In this document: positions 40,928 to 51,068 of the stretch, piece after piece
Numbering within the stretch: position 1 is the stretch's first letter
How the letters are laid out: each line of letters begins with the position of its first letter
From: a virus
Lineage: Duplodnaviria > Heunggongvirae > Uroviricota > Caudoviricetes
Virus record (IMG/VR): IMGVR_UViG_2574179769_000003
Coordinates: 13,748 to 77,747 of that record
Reading direction: 5' to 3' (one strand)
DNA: 64,000 nt
Translations under genes and position numbers: made by a program
Notes under the pieces: model-generated
Database searches by the model: none
The model's input: only the letters and a program-made list of their open reading frames with translations
What the model was told of the DNA's origin: nothing

Positions 40928-41635
40928 TCAACGTTTAACTTTTTTTCTTAAAATTTCATGAATTATATCAATAACCTTATTCTCATATTTCTCACTGATC
41001 GGTATTTTAATATCATCATTTAGAACAAAGAAATGTTTTTGATTATTGAAATTTGTAACATGTTTGTAGTTAACTATATAAGATGTGTGACATCTTATAA
41101 AATCAAATTTCTTTAGCTCGGCTTCTATTGTTGAAAGCTTAGCTCTTCTTTTTATATGGCTTCCATCAATAAAATTGTAATAAACATAATTTGACTTCGA
41201 TTCAACATAAATAATGTCAGTTAGTTTAACTATTTTTCCTTCCAAAATAAAACGCATTTCTCTTATTCTTTTCCACTCATTAAGAACTGTGACAGCTTTT
41301 ATTAAGTCTGTTCTGTAATATTCTGAACTTTTTCTAATATATGCTCGAGGGAAAGCGATTATAGAATCATGAACATAGTTATCATGAGAAGATATAAACA
41401 CTGTATCTATATTGTCATGTCCTTCATTCCAGTATTCAATGGCTAAATCAATCCCATTTACCCCATCTCCAAGCTCAATATCCAAGAATAAGATTTCAAC
41501 ATCATTGTTTAAGATAAAATTTTTGTCATAGTAAGTCATTAATTCGATTTGCACATTAAAATTCTCATAAAATCTAAGCAAATCATTTTTAAGTTTTACT
41601 GCAAATTCAAGATCATCATCAACTATTAATATCAT
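40928..41635 (-). CDS. LytTR-family response regulator (REC + LytTR DNA-binding domain; AgrA/ComE-like)
   Basis: REC: MILIVDDD...ILFLDIELGDGVNGIDLA; LytTR: IIYVESKSNYVYYNF...FIRCHTSYIVNYKHV. Confidence 0.75.
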   Translation of the reverse strand: MILIVDDDLEFAVKLKNDLLRFYENFNVQIELMTYYDKNFILNNDVEILFLDIELGDGVNGIDLAIEYWNEGHDNIDTVFISSHDNYVHDSIIAFPRAYIRKSSEYYRTDLIKAVTVLNEWKRIREMRFILEGKIVKLTDIIYVESKSNYVYYNFIDGSHIKRRAKLSTIEAELKKFDFIRCHTSYIVNYKHVTNFNNQKHFFVLNDDIKIPISEKYENKVIDIIHEILRKKVKR

Positions 41636-41667
41636 AGAATTCCTCCTACAATATTATGTTGAAAAAC

Positions 41668-42969
41668 TTAATTTTTATTCAGAGTTTGTTGAAACATTTT
41701 TGTTGGAGATTTACCATAATCAGCACACATAGCATTAAATGTTTCCATAACCATACCCCACTCTTCTTCTCTAACACGTGATATTAGTGAATCATTTTTA
41801 TTTTGTTTTCTTGAATTAAGGTAAATCCCATATTTATACTGAAGCTGTTTATACAATTGTTTCCAAATAGTTCCAATATAATGATTAGTTTGAGCTGCTA
41901 ACATCCTTACACCTGCATTTAATTTATTTCTATCGTTCCAAGTAAGAATTTCAGATTTTAACGCCTTAACGTCTGTTTCCAACAACTCATTCTGTTCTTG
42001 TAAAACTTTATTAGATGCTAACAGTTCTGTTACCATGGCTCTTTTAGTATCTTCACTAAAATTACTAAAACGTGATTCTATAAATTTTTCTTCTGATCCA
42101 TATTCTATTGCACCACCTGTTTTGCGAATTGATGGTAAAACCTCACTTGTTACCCATTGTTTAAATTCCCTTGCTTGAGATAATTTGCTAGACAATATTA
42201 GTGAATATAATCCAGATTCATTAATAGCAGTTAGTCCTCTGTTTGGAATGTCTAAAGTAACGAATCGTGACTTTAGCATTCTAAACTTATCATCCTCATC
42301 TACATGATCGTCAATTGCCTTTCTAGCATTTGAATATCCTAAAACATCACAAATTTCTTTTCCAATAAAAAATACTACATTGTTAATATTCAAGCACCTT
42401 ATTTTAAATCCTCTAAAATTAAAAATGTCAAATTCTAAATTTTCTATTTCTTGGTCTATCTTTACTTCATTATTTTTATCTTTATATGGTTCTACTGTGC
42501 CACCTGTTTTGCGAATATCACGAAGATAACTTTTAATTTTTGACTTAATTTCTTTTGCAATAGGCTTACGTGACTGCATCAATACCTCATATAAGCCATC
42601 TTCAGTAAGAAACCACATGTTTTGAGTTTTTCTAGCTTTTGATTTGGTTTTGTCTGATGGTGAAATTGCTCCATAAAATGAATTAAACGTACTTTTATTA
42701 GAATTATTGCCTTCATTTGTGATAGGAAAATTTTTCCTATCATATAAATTACACACTCCTTTTATCTTTTCGTCTGAATCAATATTTTTAATCATTTTAG
42801 ATATATCTCTTGAAGTTCTTTTTGCATTAGTAAAAGCATAATCAATCCATTCTGCAACATCTCTTGCTAAAAACAATGGATTCTCAACTGTGTTATATAG
42901 ATTAATTTTCTTCCCTAGAATTTCTACTGATTCAATTAAATTAAATGTTTGTAAACTTGTTTCTTTCAT
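41668..42969 (-). CDS. BRO-family protein with two Bro-N domains
   Basis: First Bro-N near the N-terminus; second: FNFRGFKIRCLNINNVVFFIGKEICDVLGY ... WVTSEVLPSIRKTGG. Confidence 0.65.
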   Translation of the reverse strand: MKETSLQTFNLIESVEILGKKINLYNTVENPLFLARDVAEWIDYAFTNAKRTSRDISKMIKNIDSDEKIKGVCNLYDRKNFPITNEGNNSNKSTFNSFYGAISPSDKTKSKARKTQNMWFLTEDGLYEVLMQSRKPIAKEIKSKIKSYLRDIRKTGGTVEPYKDKNNEVKIDQEIENLEFDIFNFRGFKIRCLNINNVVFFIGKEICDVLGYSNARKAIDDHVDEDDKFRMLKSRFVTLDIPNRGLTAINESGLYSLILSSKLSQAREFKQWVTSEVLPSIRKTGGAIEYGSEEKFIESRFSNFSEDTKRAMVTELLASNKVLQEQNELLETDVKALKSEILTWNDRNKLNAGVRMLAAQTNHYIGTIWKQLYKQLQYKYGIYLNSRKQNKNDSLISRVREEEWGMVMETFNAMCADYGKSPTKMFQQTLNKN

Positions 42970-43215
42970 TATTTTTTCTCCTTTTATTTATTGATTTTTG
43001 CATAAAAAAAAAGAACATTTAAAAATTTAAACATTCTTTCATTTTTATATTTTTTTTAAACTTTTTTTTACTTTTTTCTTGGCTCTACCCATAAAGCAAA
43101 AAGTAATACTCCAAAAAATAACAAATATAACATTTTTCTTCTCCTTTTTTCTACTAATTTATTTAGATCTATTACAATCCTTATCAAACTGTTCACTTTA
43201 ATCCTTTTTTTATTT

Positions 43216-43243
43216 TTGAACCAAATATATATTATGTTATAAT
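43216..43243 (+). promoter_or_regulatory. candidate plus-strand promoter TTGAAC-16-TATAAT for the ImmA-like gene
   Basis: TTGAAC, 16-bp spacer, TATAAT ~70 bp upstream of the ATG at 43312. Confidence 0.4.
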
Positions 43244-43311
43244 ATACTTGTTGTCAAACGCAGTATTAACAATATGAAAGATTAATAACAAAAAAAAGAA
43301 AGGATTTAATT

Positions 43312-43746
43312 ATGAACGATACTAATAATATAGTTGCTCAAGTTTGCGACTTACTTAAAATAAAGACTCCTAAAATTGTTGTATCTCCTAAAAAAATGTT
43401 AACTAAAACAATGTTAGCATTATACGAAACTGAGCACAATACCATATATTTAAAGAATAAAACAATTGATTTAGACATGATTTTTACTATTGCCCACGAA
43501 CTAAGACATGTTTGGCAGCTTAAACCAGAAAATAAAAATCGTTTCTTTAACAACTATAAAGAGCGAACAGAAATTGATTTATTAGAATACAACAAACAAC
43601 TTCCAGAAGTGGATGCAAATGCTTTTGCTTCTATTACAATAATAGAGTTATTTCAATGTATGCCTTTATACAAAGGAATGGATCAAGAAATTGTTAAGCT
43701 CATAAAAACTAGAATTCAAGAAATATATAAAGAGATGAACTCATAG
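43312..43746 (+). CDS. ImmA/IrrE-family zinc metallopeptidase domain protein (HExxH)
   Basis: TIAHELRHVWQ HExxH motif; 144 aa; one of the few plus-strand genes in this part of the window. Confidence 0.65.
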   Translation: MNDTNNIVAQVCDLLKIKTPKIVVSPKKMLTKTMLALYETEHNTIYLKNKTIDLDMIFTIAHELRHVWQLKPENKNRFFNNYKERTEIDLLEYNKQLPEVDANAFASITIIELFQCMPLYKGMDQEIVKLIKTRIQEIYKEMNS

Positions 43747-43747
43747 T

Positions 43748-43779
43748 AAAAAAAAGAAACCAGAGTTTCTTTTTTTATT
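43748..43779. terminator. bidirectional Rho-independent terminator (A-run, AAGAAAC/GTTTCTT stem, T-run) between convergent genes
   Basis: aaaaaaaagaaaccagagtttctttttttattt lies between the plus ORF ending at 43746 and the minus ORF ending at 43779. Confidence 0.65.
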
Positions 43780-44132
43780 TAAGATAGATCAAACACATAT
43801 TTGTTGTCAAATTTGCTATTGAACAATCTGTTTATATCGCAAACATCCATTTTTTCATCAAAAGAATATAAATAGCAGAAAGTACTATCTTCATATTTGA
43901 TCTCAAGAGAATACAGATATTGTTCTTTGTATTCACCATCGGTTTCTTTGAAATATTCGTAACTTTTATATGTTGCATCAATATTTAATTCTTTTAATGC
44001 CTCACATATGTTCACTTCTATTTTTATTTTTTTGCATGTGGAAAGATTTTTTTGAATATATTCCCAATAATCATTTTCTAATATAAAAAGTGTTGTTGCT
44101 CTACTTTTAAAAATAGTATACTTAACTTCCAT
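43779..44132 (-). CDS. hypothetical protein
   Basis: 117 aa ORF. Confidence 0.45.
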   Translation of the reverse strand: MEVKYTIFKSRATTLFILENDYWEYIQKNLSTCKKIKIEVNICEALKELNIDATYKSYEYFKETDGEYKEQYLYSLEIKYEDSTFCYLYSFDEKMDVCDINRLFNSKFDNKYVFDLS

Positions 44133-44348
44133 ATATTAATACCTCATTTCATATATTCATATATTCAATTTTATATTTAATTGTTGTGTTCCTTTCTTTT
44201 TATATTATATTTTGTAATATTCTATTTTACAAACATAATATTATAAACTCTTGTCCTCATTCTGCTCACATATCCTTTATATAATTATTCTTATATTAAG
44301 TTTGTTATTTAGATTTTAGCATTTGATTTACCTAAAAACACGTCCAAT

Positions 44349-44597
44349 TTAAACATATTGTTTTCCTCCTAAATAGTTCATTCTATTTTCCATAATAGCC
44401 ATTAAACAAGGCAAAGTTCCCTTGTCTCTAAATTCAATTTCTTCTGCTTTTACAAGGTGTTTTTCGTCACCGTTAAAACTAGTAACCTCGTATTCTTTTG
44501 AGTCACCAACGTTAAATACAAAGGTTATAACAAATAGTTTTTTCTTATTTTTATGTGTAACTACATCTCCCAATTGCATATAAATTCCTCCTTTCAT
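44349..44597 (-). CDS. hypothetical protein
   Basis: 82 aa ORF. Confidence 0.4.
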   Translation of the reverse strand: MKGGIYMQLGDVVTHKNKKKLFVITFVFNVGDSKEYEVTSFNGDEKHLVKAEEIEFRDKGTLPCLMAIMENRMNYLGGKQYV

Positions 44598-44612
44598 TAA
44601 AATTATATTTTT

Positions 44613-44930
44613 TTATCTATCTTCATTATTTTTTAAAGAATTTAACACTAGCTCCATTCGATCAAGCATTAATTTATTAAAACATAAATTGATATTTTTG
44701 TAAGTTTTATATGTATTATCTAAATTTGTAAAAATGAGTAAAATTAACCATATTGAAAACCCTTCTTTTACAATTGCCAAATATATAAGTCCATAACTAA
44801 TTCCATTTATTAATAACGATGAATATATAATTATTTGATCTTTTAAATTTAATTCTTTAAATTTCCAATATGTTCTTCTAATATAAAAATGATAACAACG
44901 ATATAATTTAAACATATTCAACAACTCCAT
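44613..44930 (-). CDS. hypothetical membrane protein
   Basis: 105 aa with hydrophobic segments. Confidence 0.4.
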   Translation of the reverse strand: MELLNMFKLYRCYHFYIRRTYWKFKELNLKDQIIIYSSLLINGISYGLIYLAIVKEGFSIWLILLIFTNLDNTYKTYKNINLCFNKLMLDRMELVLNSLKNNEDR

Positions 44931-45099
44931 TTCTTAACATCTCAACATCCTCAATTTCCATAACATCAGTTGTATTGTTAATTGTTTCAATATATATACA
45001 CCCGTAATTATGTAAATGACATTTAGCTATAGTATCATTATATTGATTTCGTAGAGATGGAATATTTAAATATTCTTCATAAGTCAAATTGACAACCAT
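44908..45099 (-). CDS. hypothetical protein
   Basis: 63 aa ORF. Confidence 0.3.
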   Translation of the reverse strand: MVVNLTYEEYLNIPSLRNQYNDTIAKCHLHNYGCIYIETINNTTDVMEIEDVEMLRNGVVEYV

Positions 45100-45109
45100 G
45101 TTCTCACCT

Positions 45110-46378
45110 TCAATTTATTCTTATTTTATCTTTGATGACTTCATCTTTTGTTTCAGTAATCATCGTCCAAGAATTAATATATTTTTTAGCATAATACAAG
45201 GAAAACTTACTGTTTGTTACTTTAGCATAAGACATTGCCATGTCTAATACATCTAATATTTTGTCTGGAAAATATCTTAATGGAACTTTTGAACTTTCTT
45301 CTATTAATTTTCTGACATTTTCTTCTGAAACTAAAACACCATGAAACTTTTCTAAATGTTTTATTTTCTTTTCAATCATTGAAAATACTTTGTCTTTATG
45401 AGGCTCCTCGACGTTTACTTGTCTAAAACGTCTGTTTAATGCAGCATCTGATTGAATAAATTTGTATTCATCTTTTGTAGTAGCGATTATAAATTTGTAT
45501 CCCTCTTGACACAATACAGGCTTTAACATCTCTCCTAATCCAAAACTGTTTTCACCTACTCCTGCTTGTACTATTTGGTGTCCTTCATCAATAAAAGTAA
45601 TAACCTTTTTGTCTTTTATTGATTTCAAATAATTATCTATTTTTTCTTCAAACTCACCACGATATTTAGTTCCAGCAACAATACTTGTTAAATTTAATTT
45701 AACAACAGTATAATCTTTCAAATTCCCTTGATTTTTACCAAACTTTAATTTCCGTGCTAACTCTTCAACAATTGCAGTTTTACCAACTCCAGCATATCCA
45801 GTAATAGCTATATTAGATTTAGTTTGACAAGAAAGTCCGACTAAAATTTGTAACACCTCATCATCTCTTTCTAAAATCAGTTTTTCTTCTTTTGGTTCAT
45901 AAACTTCTACAAAATTAAATGTTTTTATTTTACTTAAATTATTTATTTTTTCTTCCTCATATTTAATCAACTGATGTATAATGTCTTTAAAATTTACTTG
46001 ATATTTTTTTAACAATTCATATGCTATACTCTCTTCATCTTCCAACAACACAATTGTTAAAATATCTAAGCTGACTTTATCTTTATCTAACTCTTTGACT
46101 GTTTCAACTGCTATATTGAAAATACTTGTTAGTTTTTGACTATATTCTAAACAAAAAGGTTTATTGTCACTTGTTCCAAGCAGTCTTTTTACATCGTTAT
46201 ATACATCTTTATAATATATGTCATCTCTTTCTAACAATTCTTTTAATTTTGAATCACTTATTTTTAATAATGATAATAACAGATGTTCACTACCAACATT
46301 ATTATGTCCTAAATCAAAAGCAATACTTTCACCTACAACAATTGCTTTTTGGGCTTGTTCATCAAATTTTGTTAACAT
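45110..46378 (-). CDS. Clp N-domain + single AAA+ module ATPase (ClpC/ClpB-like fragment architecture)
   Basis: Clp_N-like QKAIVVGESIAFDLGHNNVGSEHLLLSLL; Walker A ITGYAGVGKTAIV; Walker B KVITFIDEGHQI. Confidence 0.6.
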   Translation of the reverse strand: MLTKFDEQAQKAIVVGESIAFDLGHNNVGSEHLLLSLLKISDSKLKELLERDDIYYKDVYNDVKRLLGTSDNKPFCLEYSQKLTSIFNIAVETVKELDKDKVSLDILTIVLLEDEESIAYELLKKYQVNFKDIIHQLIKYEEEKINNLSKIKTFNFVEVYEPKEEKLILERDDEVLQILVGLSCQTKSNIAITGYAGVGKTAIVEELARKLKFGKNQGNLKDYTVVKLNLTSIVAGTKYRGEFEEKIDNYLKSIKDKKVITFIDEGHQIVQAGVGENSFGLGEMLKPVLCQEGYKFIIATTKDEYKFIQSDAALNRRFRQVNVEEPHKDKVFSMIEKKIKHLEKFHGVLVSEENVRKLIEESSKVPLRYFPDKILDVLDMAMSYAKVTNSKFSLYYAKKYINSWTMITETKDEVIKDKIRIN

Positions 46379-46396
46379 GTTTCATTCTCTTCTCCT

Positions 46397-46873
46397 TTAC
46401 AACAAATCCTCAATTGCTATATTAAATGTTCCTAATATCATTTTATTATCATTATTAGCAAAGCTAATTTCTTGCTCTAAATAGTTAATTAATTTTAATT
46501 CCATACTATAAACACCATTTGTGTGTCTAACATTAGCAAAACCATTGTATTTGAAATCACAACTAATATAATCATCATTCATCATATCTTTTAACTCAAC
46601 TGATTTTAATAAATATTTACAAACTTCATTACAATATTTTTTTACAATATTTTTTAAATGATCATCAATTATTTTTAAACTTTCTTTAAATTCTTTTGCA
46701 ATTAATCCAACAGCTTGCTGAATATCGTGTCTAGTTGGATTTTTAAAATATACTATTATCCAATCGTCGTAATCACCAAACCTGTCTTTATTTCTAGGAA
46801 ATGTTTTACAATTCCAACAAAAATCTCCATCAGTATCAACTTTAAATATTAACATTTTAATATCATCTTTCAT
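46397..46873 (-). CDS. hypothetical protein
   Basis: 158 aa ORF. Confidence 0.45.
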   Translation of the reverse strand: MKDDIKMLIFKVDTDGDFCWNCKTFPRNKDRFGDYDDWIIVYFKNPTRHDIQQAVGLIAKEFKESLKIIDDHLKNIVKKYCNEVCKYLLKSVELKDMMNDDYISCDFKYNGFANVRHTNGVYSMELKLINYLEQEISFANNDNKMILGTFNIAIEDLL

Positions 46874-46876
46874 TTA

Positions 46877-47146
46877 TCACCACTCCAACCTTTTCCCAAA
46901 TGTAATAACCTGACCAATTTCTCCATCAGACATTTCGACATTCATAATTGCACAAATTGAACCATTCTCGTCAACACCTTTAAAATTCTTTTCAATTAAG
47001 CCAATTGTTTCTTTTTTAGAAAACTGTCTAGTCTCCATTTGACTCATGTGTAAATCATTAGACAGTTCACAATAATCGCTGTGTTTACTTTGCGAAGATT
47101 TATTTTGAGTAACCTTTTTGTCAATTATCATATTAACCCTCCACAA
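46877..47146 (-). CDS. hypothetical protein
   Basis: 89 aa ORF. Confidence 0.4.
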   Translation of the reverse strand: MWRVNMIIDKKVTQNKSSQSKHSDYCELSNDLHMSQMETRQFSKKETIGLIEKNFKGVDENGSICAIMNVEMSDGEIGQVITFGKRLEW

Positions 47147-47978
47147 CTGTAATTGCGTTTTCTATAGTTGGTACAATGCCATGTTCTTTTAGTGTCTTAT
47201 AGATAAACAACACCCCGTCTTTAGTCCATGCGTTAAATTTTCTTTTACCTACAATTTCCTTATTTTCCCACATATTTTTAAAAGTTGATATCATATACTC
47301 TTCTTCGCTTCCTTCGTACTGTTTGGTTAAAGTCCATACTCCACCTACTTTTTTCTGAATCTTAAATTGGTTTAATAGTTTGTTAAATGAAATGGCACTC
47401 ATTCCATAACACTGAGCAATTTCACTAGCCAAATATCTATCTTTAGACCCCTGTAACAGTTCCATTAAACTTGTCTTTTCTACATTTTCATTTTTTAACC
47501 GTTCGTTCTTTTCTTCTAAAGCAATAAGTTTACTGTTAGCCACAATCAATGCTCTCGACATAATTTCATCATCTGTCATATTTTCTTGTCCATATATATA
47601 ACCGCCATGTTTCCTAATAGATGGTAGCACATCATGTGTTATCCACTTTTTAAATCTTGTAACATTATCTGTTTGAAGTTTACTACCCATTATCAACGAG
47701 TACATTCCTGGTTCATTAATTAAAGTTGGATATGCTCTTTTATTGTTGTTACCGTAAAATATATTTGACGATAGGCTATCATTCCCTAAGGTGGAAATTT
47801 TATCATCTTTATCCAATTTCCTCATAGCGCTTATAGGATCAGTATATTCTAAAGCTTCAGCTAAATCTTTTCCCACAAACCAAGGATCACCATCAATTAA
47901 AATCGACCTAATTTGATGACCTTCAAACTCAAAATTAAATATTTCATTTTCTTTATTTTTAATTACTATTTCATTCAT
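47133..47978 (-). CDS. Bro-N + KilAC antirepressor
   Basis: NFEFEGHQIRSILIDGDPWFVGKDLAEAL and WITHDVLPSIRKHGGY (Bro-N); QCYGMSAISFNKLLNQFKIQKKVGGVWTL (KilAC-like). Confidence 0.65.
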   Translation of the reverse strand: MNEIVIKNKENEIFNFEFEGHQIRSILIDGDPWFVGKDLAEALEYTDPISAMRKLDKDDKISTLGNDSLSSNIFYGNNNKRAYPTLINEPGMYSLIMGSKLQTDNVTRFKKWITHDVLPSIRKHGGYIYGQENMTDDEIMSRALIVANSKLIALEEKNERLKNENVEKTSLMELLQGSKDRYLASEIAQCYGMSAISFNKLLNQFKIQKKVGGVWTLTKQYEGSEEEYMISTFKNMWENKEIVGKRKFNAWTKDGVLFIYKTLKEHGIVPTIENAITVVEG

Positions 47979-48000
47979 TTTTTATTTTCTGTCCCCTAAC

Positions 48001-48681
48001 TTATTTGCAATGTGTAGTTATATCTACTACACTAGTTTTATTAACTTTGTCAATTATATTAACTTCTAACTCTATTATATTTGAATAGATACTACTGTTT
48101 TTTATGATTGTATGTTTTAACAGCTGCTTTCTTATTATTTTTTTATTAGGTTTTGAAATTTTAAAATAACAAACTACAACACCTGTTTGAGTAACTTTCA
48201 TTTCTTTAAAACTTAAATGGAATCCTAATTTTTCAAAATGTAATTTGGCATCGTTTATTGTGTCAAAAAAACCATAATACTCATCATCTTTATGAACGTC
48301 AACTTTACGAGACAATATAAATTTAATTGTATGTTCGACAATTGGTTCAGATAAATCTCTCATACTTTTTAAAATCAATTTTTTATTCTTACCACAGTAA
48401 ATATCCATATCTCTTATTATACATTCTGTTATGAGTTGTCTTTTTACATTCATATTGTCCACAACTAAAGTGTGTCTATCCCATGAATATGATTTTTTAG
48501 AATCTTCAATTATCCTGATTGTTTCATCATCACCTTTAGTTAGAACGAATATAACTTCATTTCCATTAAAGCAACCCAATTTAATTAATTCTAATCTTTT
48601 ATTTGGCTTAACTTTTAATACAACACAATTTTCATTATTTTCTTCAATCGTAACCAATTCACATAACTTTTTCATCATCAT
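48001..48681 (-). CDS. hypothetical protein
   Basis: 226 aa ORF. Confidence 0.45.
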   Translation of the reverse strand: MMMKKLCELVTIEENNENCVVLKVKPNKRLELIKLGCFNGNEVIFVLTKGDDETIRIIEDSKKSYSWDRHTLVVDNMNVKRQLITECIIRDMDIYCGKNKKLILKSMRDLSEPIVEHTIKFILSRKVDVHKDDEYYGFFDTINDAKLHFEKLGFHLSFKEMKVTQTGVVVCYFKISKPNKKIIRKQLLKHTIIKNSSIYSNIIELEVNIIDKVNKTSVVDITTHCK

Positions 48682-48761
48682 TTTCCCTCATTTTTTTCTT
48701 TCTGAAATGTCAAATTTTATTAATTTTAAATTAAACCTTTAACTTTTATTAAAACCTCCTT

Positions 48762-49082
48762 TTAATAAAGTAAATCATGAACTAAGCGAGTAATTCTTGT
48801 TTCCATTTCCTCGTAAGTACATATTTCATTGTTTTCAAATGGTGGATAAAGCAAAATATCATCAAACTGACTTTGTTCTATGTTCCAATCTCCACCTGAA
48901 GCATGACATAAATCCCCATTTGATCTAATGCCTAAATTATCCAATCTCATTTGAGAGATTATTAATCCTCTAACATATCTTGATAATTTGCTACCATCTG
49001 CAAGCATATAATTGCCCTTTCTTTTATCAATTTTCCAAATACTTCTTATTTTTATTATTTTTTCAAAATCACTTCTTCTCAC
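48762..49082 (-). CDS. hypothetical protein, possible HNH-like nuclease
   Basis: 106 aa; ...NGDLCHASGGDWN... is weakly HNH-like. A 14-codon remnant of its C-terminus plus the downstream RBS is duplicated at 55750..55830. Confidence 0.3.
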   Translation of the reverse strand: MRRSDFEKIIKIRSIWKIDKRKGNYMLADGSKLSRYVRGLIISQMRLDNLGIRSNGDLCHASGGDWNIEQSQFDDILLYPPFENNEICTYEEMETRITRLVHDLLY

Positions 49083-49224
49083 AACGTACCTCCTTATAAA
49101 ACGCTTGTTTTATTCGTATACGAAATATTCTTCTAATCCATATTCAGTAAGTATTTTCCAAACATTCTTACAAGCACTATGATTATCTAACCAACCTATT
49201 AGTGCCCAAATATTAGTATCATCT

Positions 49225-49485
49225 TCACATTCTTGTTGTAACTGTTCGTCCACTAACATTTTCATAATTCCCATAATAATCGCAACGCACTAACTCTCTA
49301 GGATCATTTACATTTCCATATGTCAATTTTTCAACCAACTCTTCAATATTAATATTGTCAGCAAAGTGCAGAGCGTTAAAAAGATAGTCTACACATGAAA
49401 ATTTAAACACTGTATTATCTATATAGTTAATCTCTTGATATAAATTCAACAAAACTGTATAGTCATCTTTTGCTAAACTATGCAA
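49225..49485 (-). CDS. hypothetical protein
   Basis: 86 aa ORF. Confidence 0.35.
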   Translation of the reverse strand: MHSLAKDDYTVLLNLYQEINYIDNTVFKFSCVDYLFNALHFADNINIEELVEKLTYGNVNDPRELVRCDYYGNYENVSGRTVTTRM

Positions 49486-49559
49486 TTTTTGGTTATTTGT
49501 TCTTTTCTATTAAATTATTGTTATGTATTTTTACCATATTTTTCCTCATATCCAACAAA

Positions 49560-49995
49560 TACAGTTAATCCACTTCTTTGTTTAGTAAATTTTCTACCGC
49601 CTGATTAAAAATATTTGTTAGCTTTCTACTTTCTTTGATAAGGCTAAGTTTTGTAATAGAAGTTTTACGACTTTTTTATGTTATGTTTCTTTCTATATTG
49701 TCTTTTATAATAAGCCCAATCAACAATATTTGTATTGTCCATTTCTTTATAAATAGCTTTACAAGCTAGAATTTTCTTCCTTGGTTTATCACCTATAAGT
49801 TCACAAACTTCATCAATTGCCTTGTCAATTGGATGTTGTCTAATTAATACAGTTGCGATTTTCCATCTTTTAATTTAATTTCCTTAGTTTTAGTTCCTGG
49901 TTCATTTATAGGGGTTGAGAATAACTTATTAAAAGTATCTTTAGTAGACTGTATATCAGAACTATATTCTGTTATGGGCTTGTTTTGTAATTCCT
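49560..49995 (-). pseudogene. frameshifted 3' portion of the KilA-N/ORF6N antirepressor gene whose intact 5' part is ORF 49996..50472
   Basis: Region without ORFs >60 aa; manual translation gives two adjacent frames (…KELQNKPITEYSSDIQSTKDTF… and …LIRQHPIDKAIDEVCELIGDKPRKKILACKAIYKEMDN…) directly 3' of the ORF6N ORF. Confidence 0.4.
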
Positions 49996-50472
49996 TTAGT
50001 ACAGAAGTTTGGAATGACGTAATGCACCCATTTCAGTCCAAAGATAAAAAGTGTTAACGTTTCTAGACACGAAGGGACAATTAGTCACTTCGCCATCTGT
50101 GACAAGGGTATCACTTTTACTATTTTCTGCGAAGTCAGTAATATTGACCTTGCGTTTAAATTTCTTGAGCTCATCACCTTTTAACATAAAATAATCCTTG
50201 CCATCTCTGAATCTATCTTTATTTCTTTGAAAATTCTTTTTAATATTTTCAACATTTGTTCCATAACAAGCAGCCAGTTGTTTAGTTGTTAAAACTCTTT
50301 CGCTATCGTGCTCTAGAATTTGCAAACAGTTTATATTATTTGTATTAGTATTTTCTATTTCATTTGATATATCATTAATATTACCATTAATTTTATTTAC
50401 TAACTCTTCTAAGTTTTTCGTTTGATTTATATTTTGATTTATATAATTTTCCATTTTTTTATATCTATCCAT
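49996..50472 (-). CDS. KilA-N/ORF6N-domain antirepressor, N-terminal part
   Basis: LQILEHDSERVLTTKQLAACYGTNVENIKKNFQRNKDRF...FYLWTEMGALRHSKLL parallels the N-terminus of 34364..35155. Confidence 0.5.
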   Translation of the reverse strand: MDRYKKMENYINQNINQTKNLEELVNKINGNINDISNEIENTNTNNINCLQILEHDSERVLTTKQLAACYGTNVENIKKNFQRNKDRFRDGKDYFMLKGDELKKFKRKVNITDFAENSKSDTLVTDGEVTNCPFVSRNVNTFYLWTEMGALRHSKLLY

Positions 50473-50575
50473 TTCTTCCTAAGTTTAAATATAATCTTCT
50501 GTAACAGTTACTGTTACGATAGTTCTTTTAACTACATCTAATTTTTTCAAAAGTTGTTCATTTTTTATATAAAGA

Positions 50576-51068
50576 TCAGTCAAATTTTTTTTCAATACCA
50601 TCAAATAACAGTTTTTTAATTTCTTCATAATTATTAATAAAACCTTTTACAAGTATTATAATTTCAATTAAAGCTTTATTATCTAACCGAGTAGAAATAT
50701 TAGGATTTTCACAAGAAATTTTATAACCTAACTTAGTGGATTCTGAATAAATCGCAAAAAGATCGCCATTCAAAAGAATTTCAAAATCGTTACAACCACG
50801 TTTTTTATATGTGAAAAAATGACTATTACTAGTTGTAAATATAGCTTTTTCTGATCTAAAACCACTACTGTAAATATCTTCAAGTTTTAATTTACTTCTA
50901 ATTTTTTAATAAAATTTTTATTTCATCTTTTAATGGAACAATTTTTGGTATTAGTTCTTTACATTCTTCTGCCAATCTAGTCCATTCAATCTGTTCTAAT
51001 TTATTTTTTGTGTTTAAAAGATTATCAATTTCGTTTAAGAAATCATTATAATTTTTAATATTTTCCAT
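50576..51068 (-). CDS. hypothetical protein, apparently one ~160 aa gene broken by a frameshift in a T/A run near 50890..50910
   Basis: A 56-aa ORF (ATG at 51068, MENIKNYNDFLNEIDNLL...) continues after a frame change into the 65-aa ORF 50576..50773 with an in-frame upstream extension. Confidence 0.35.
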
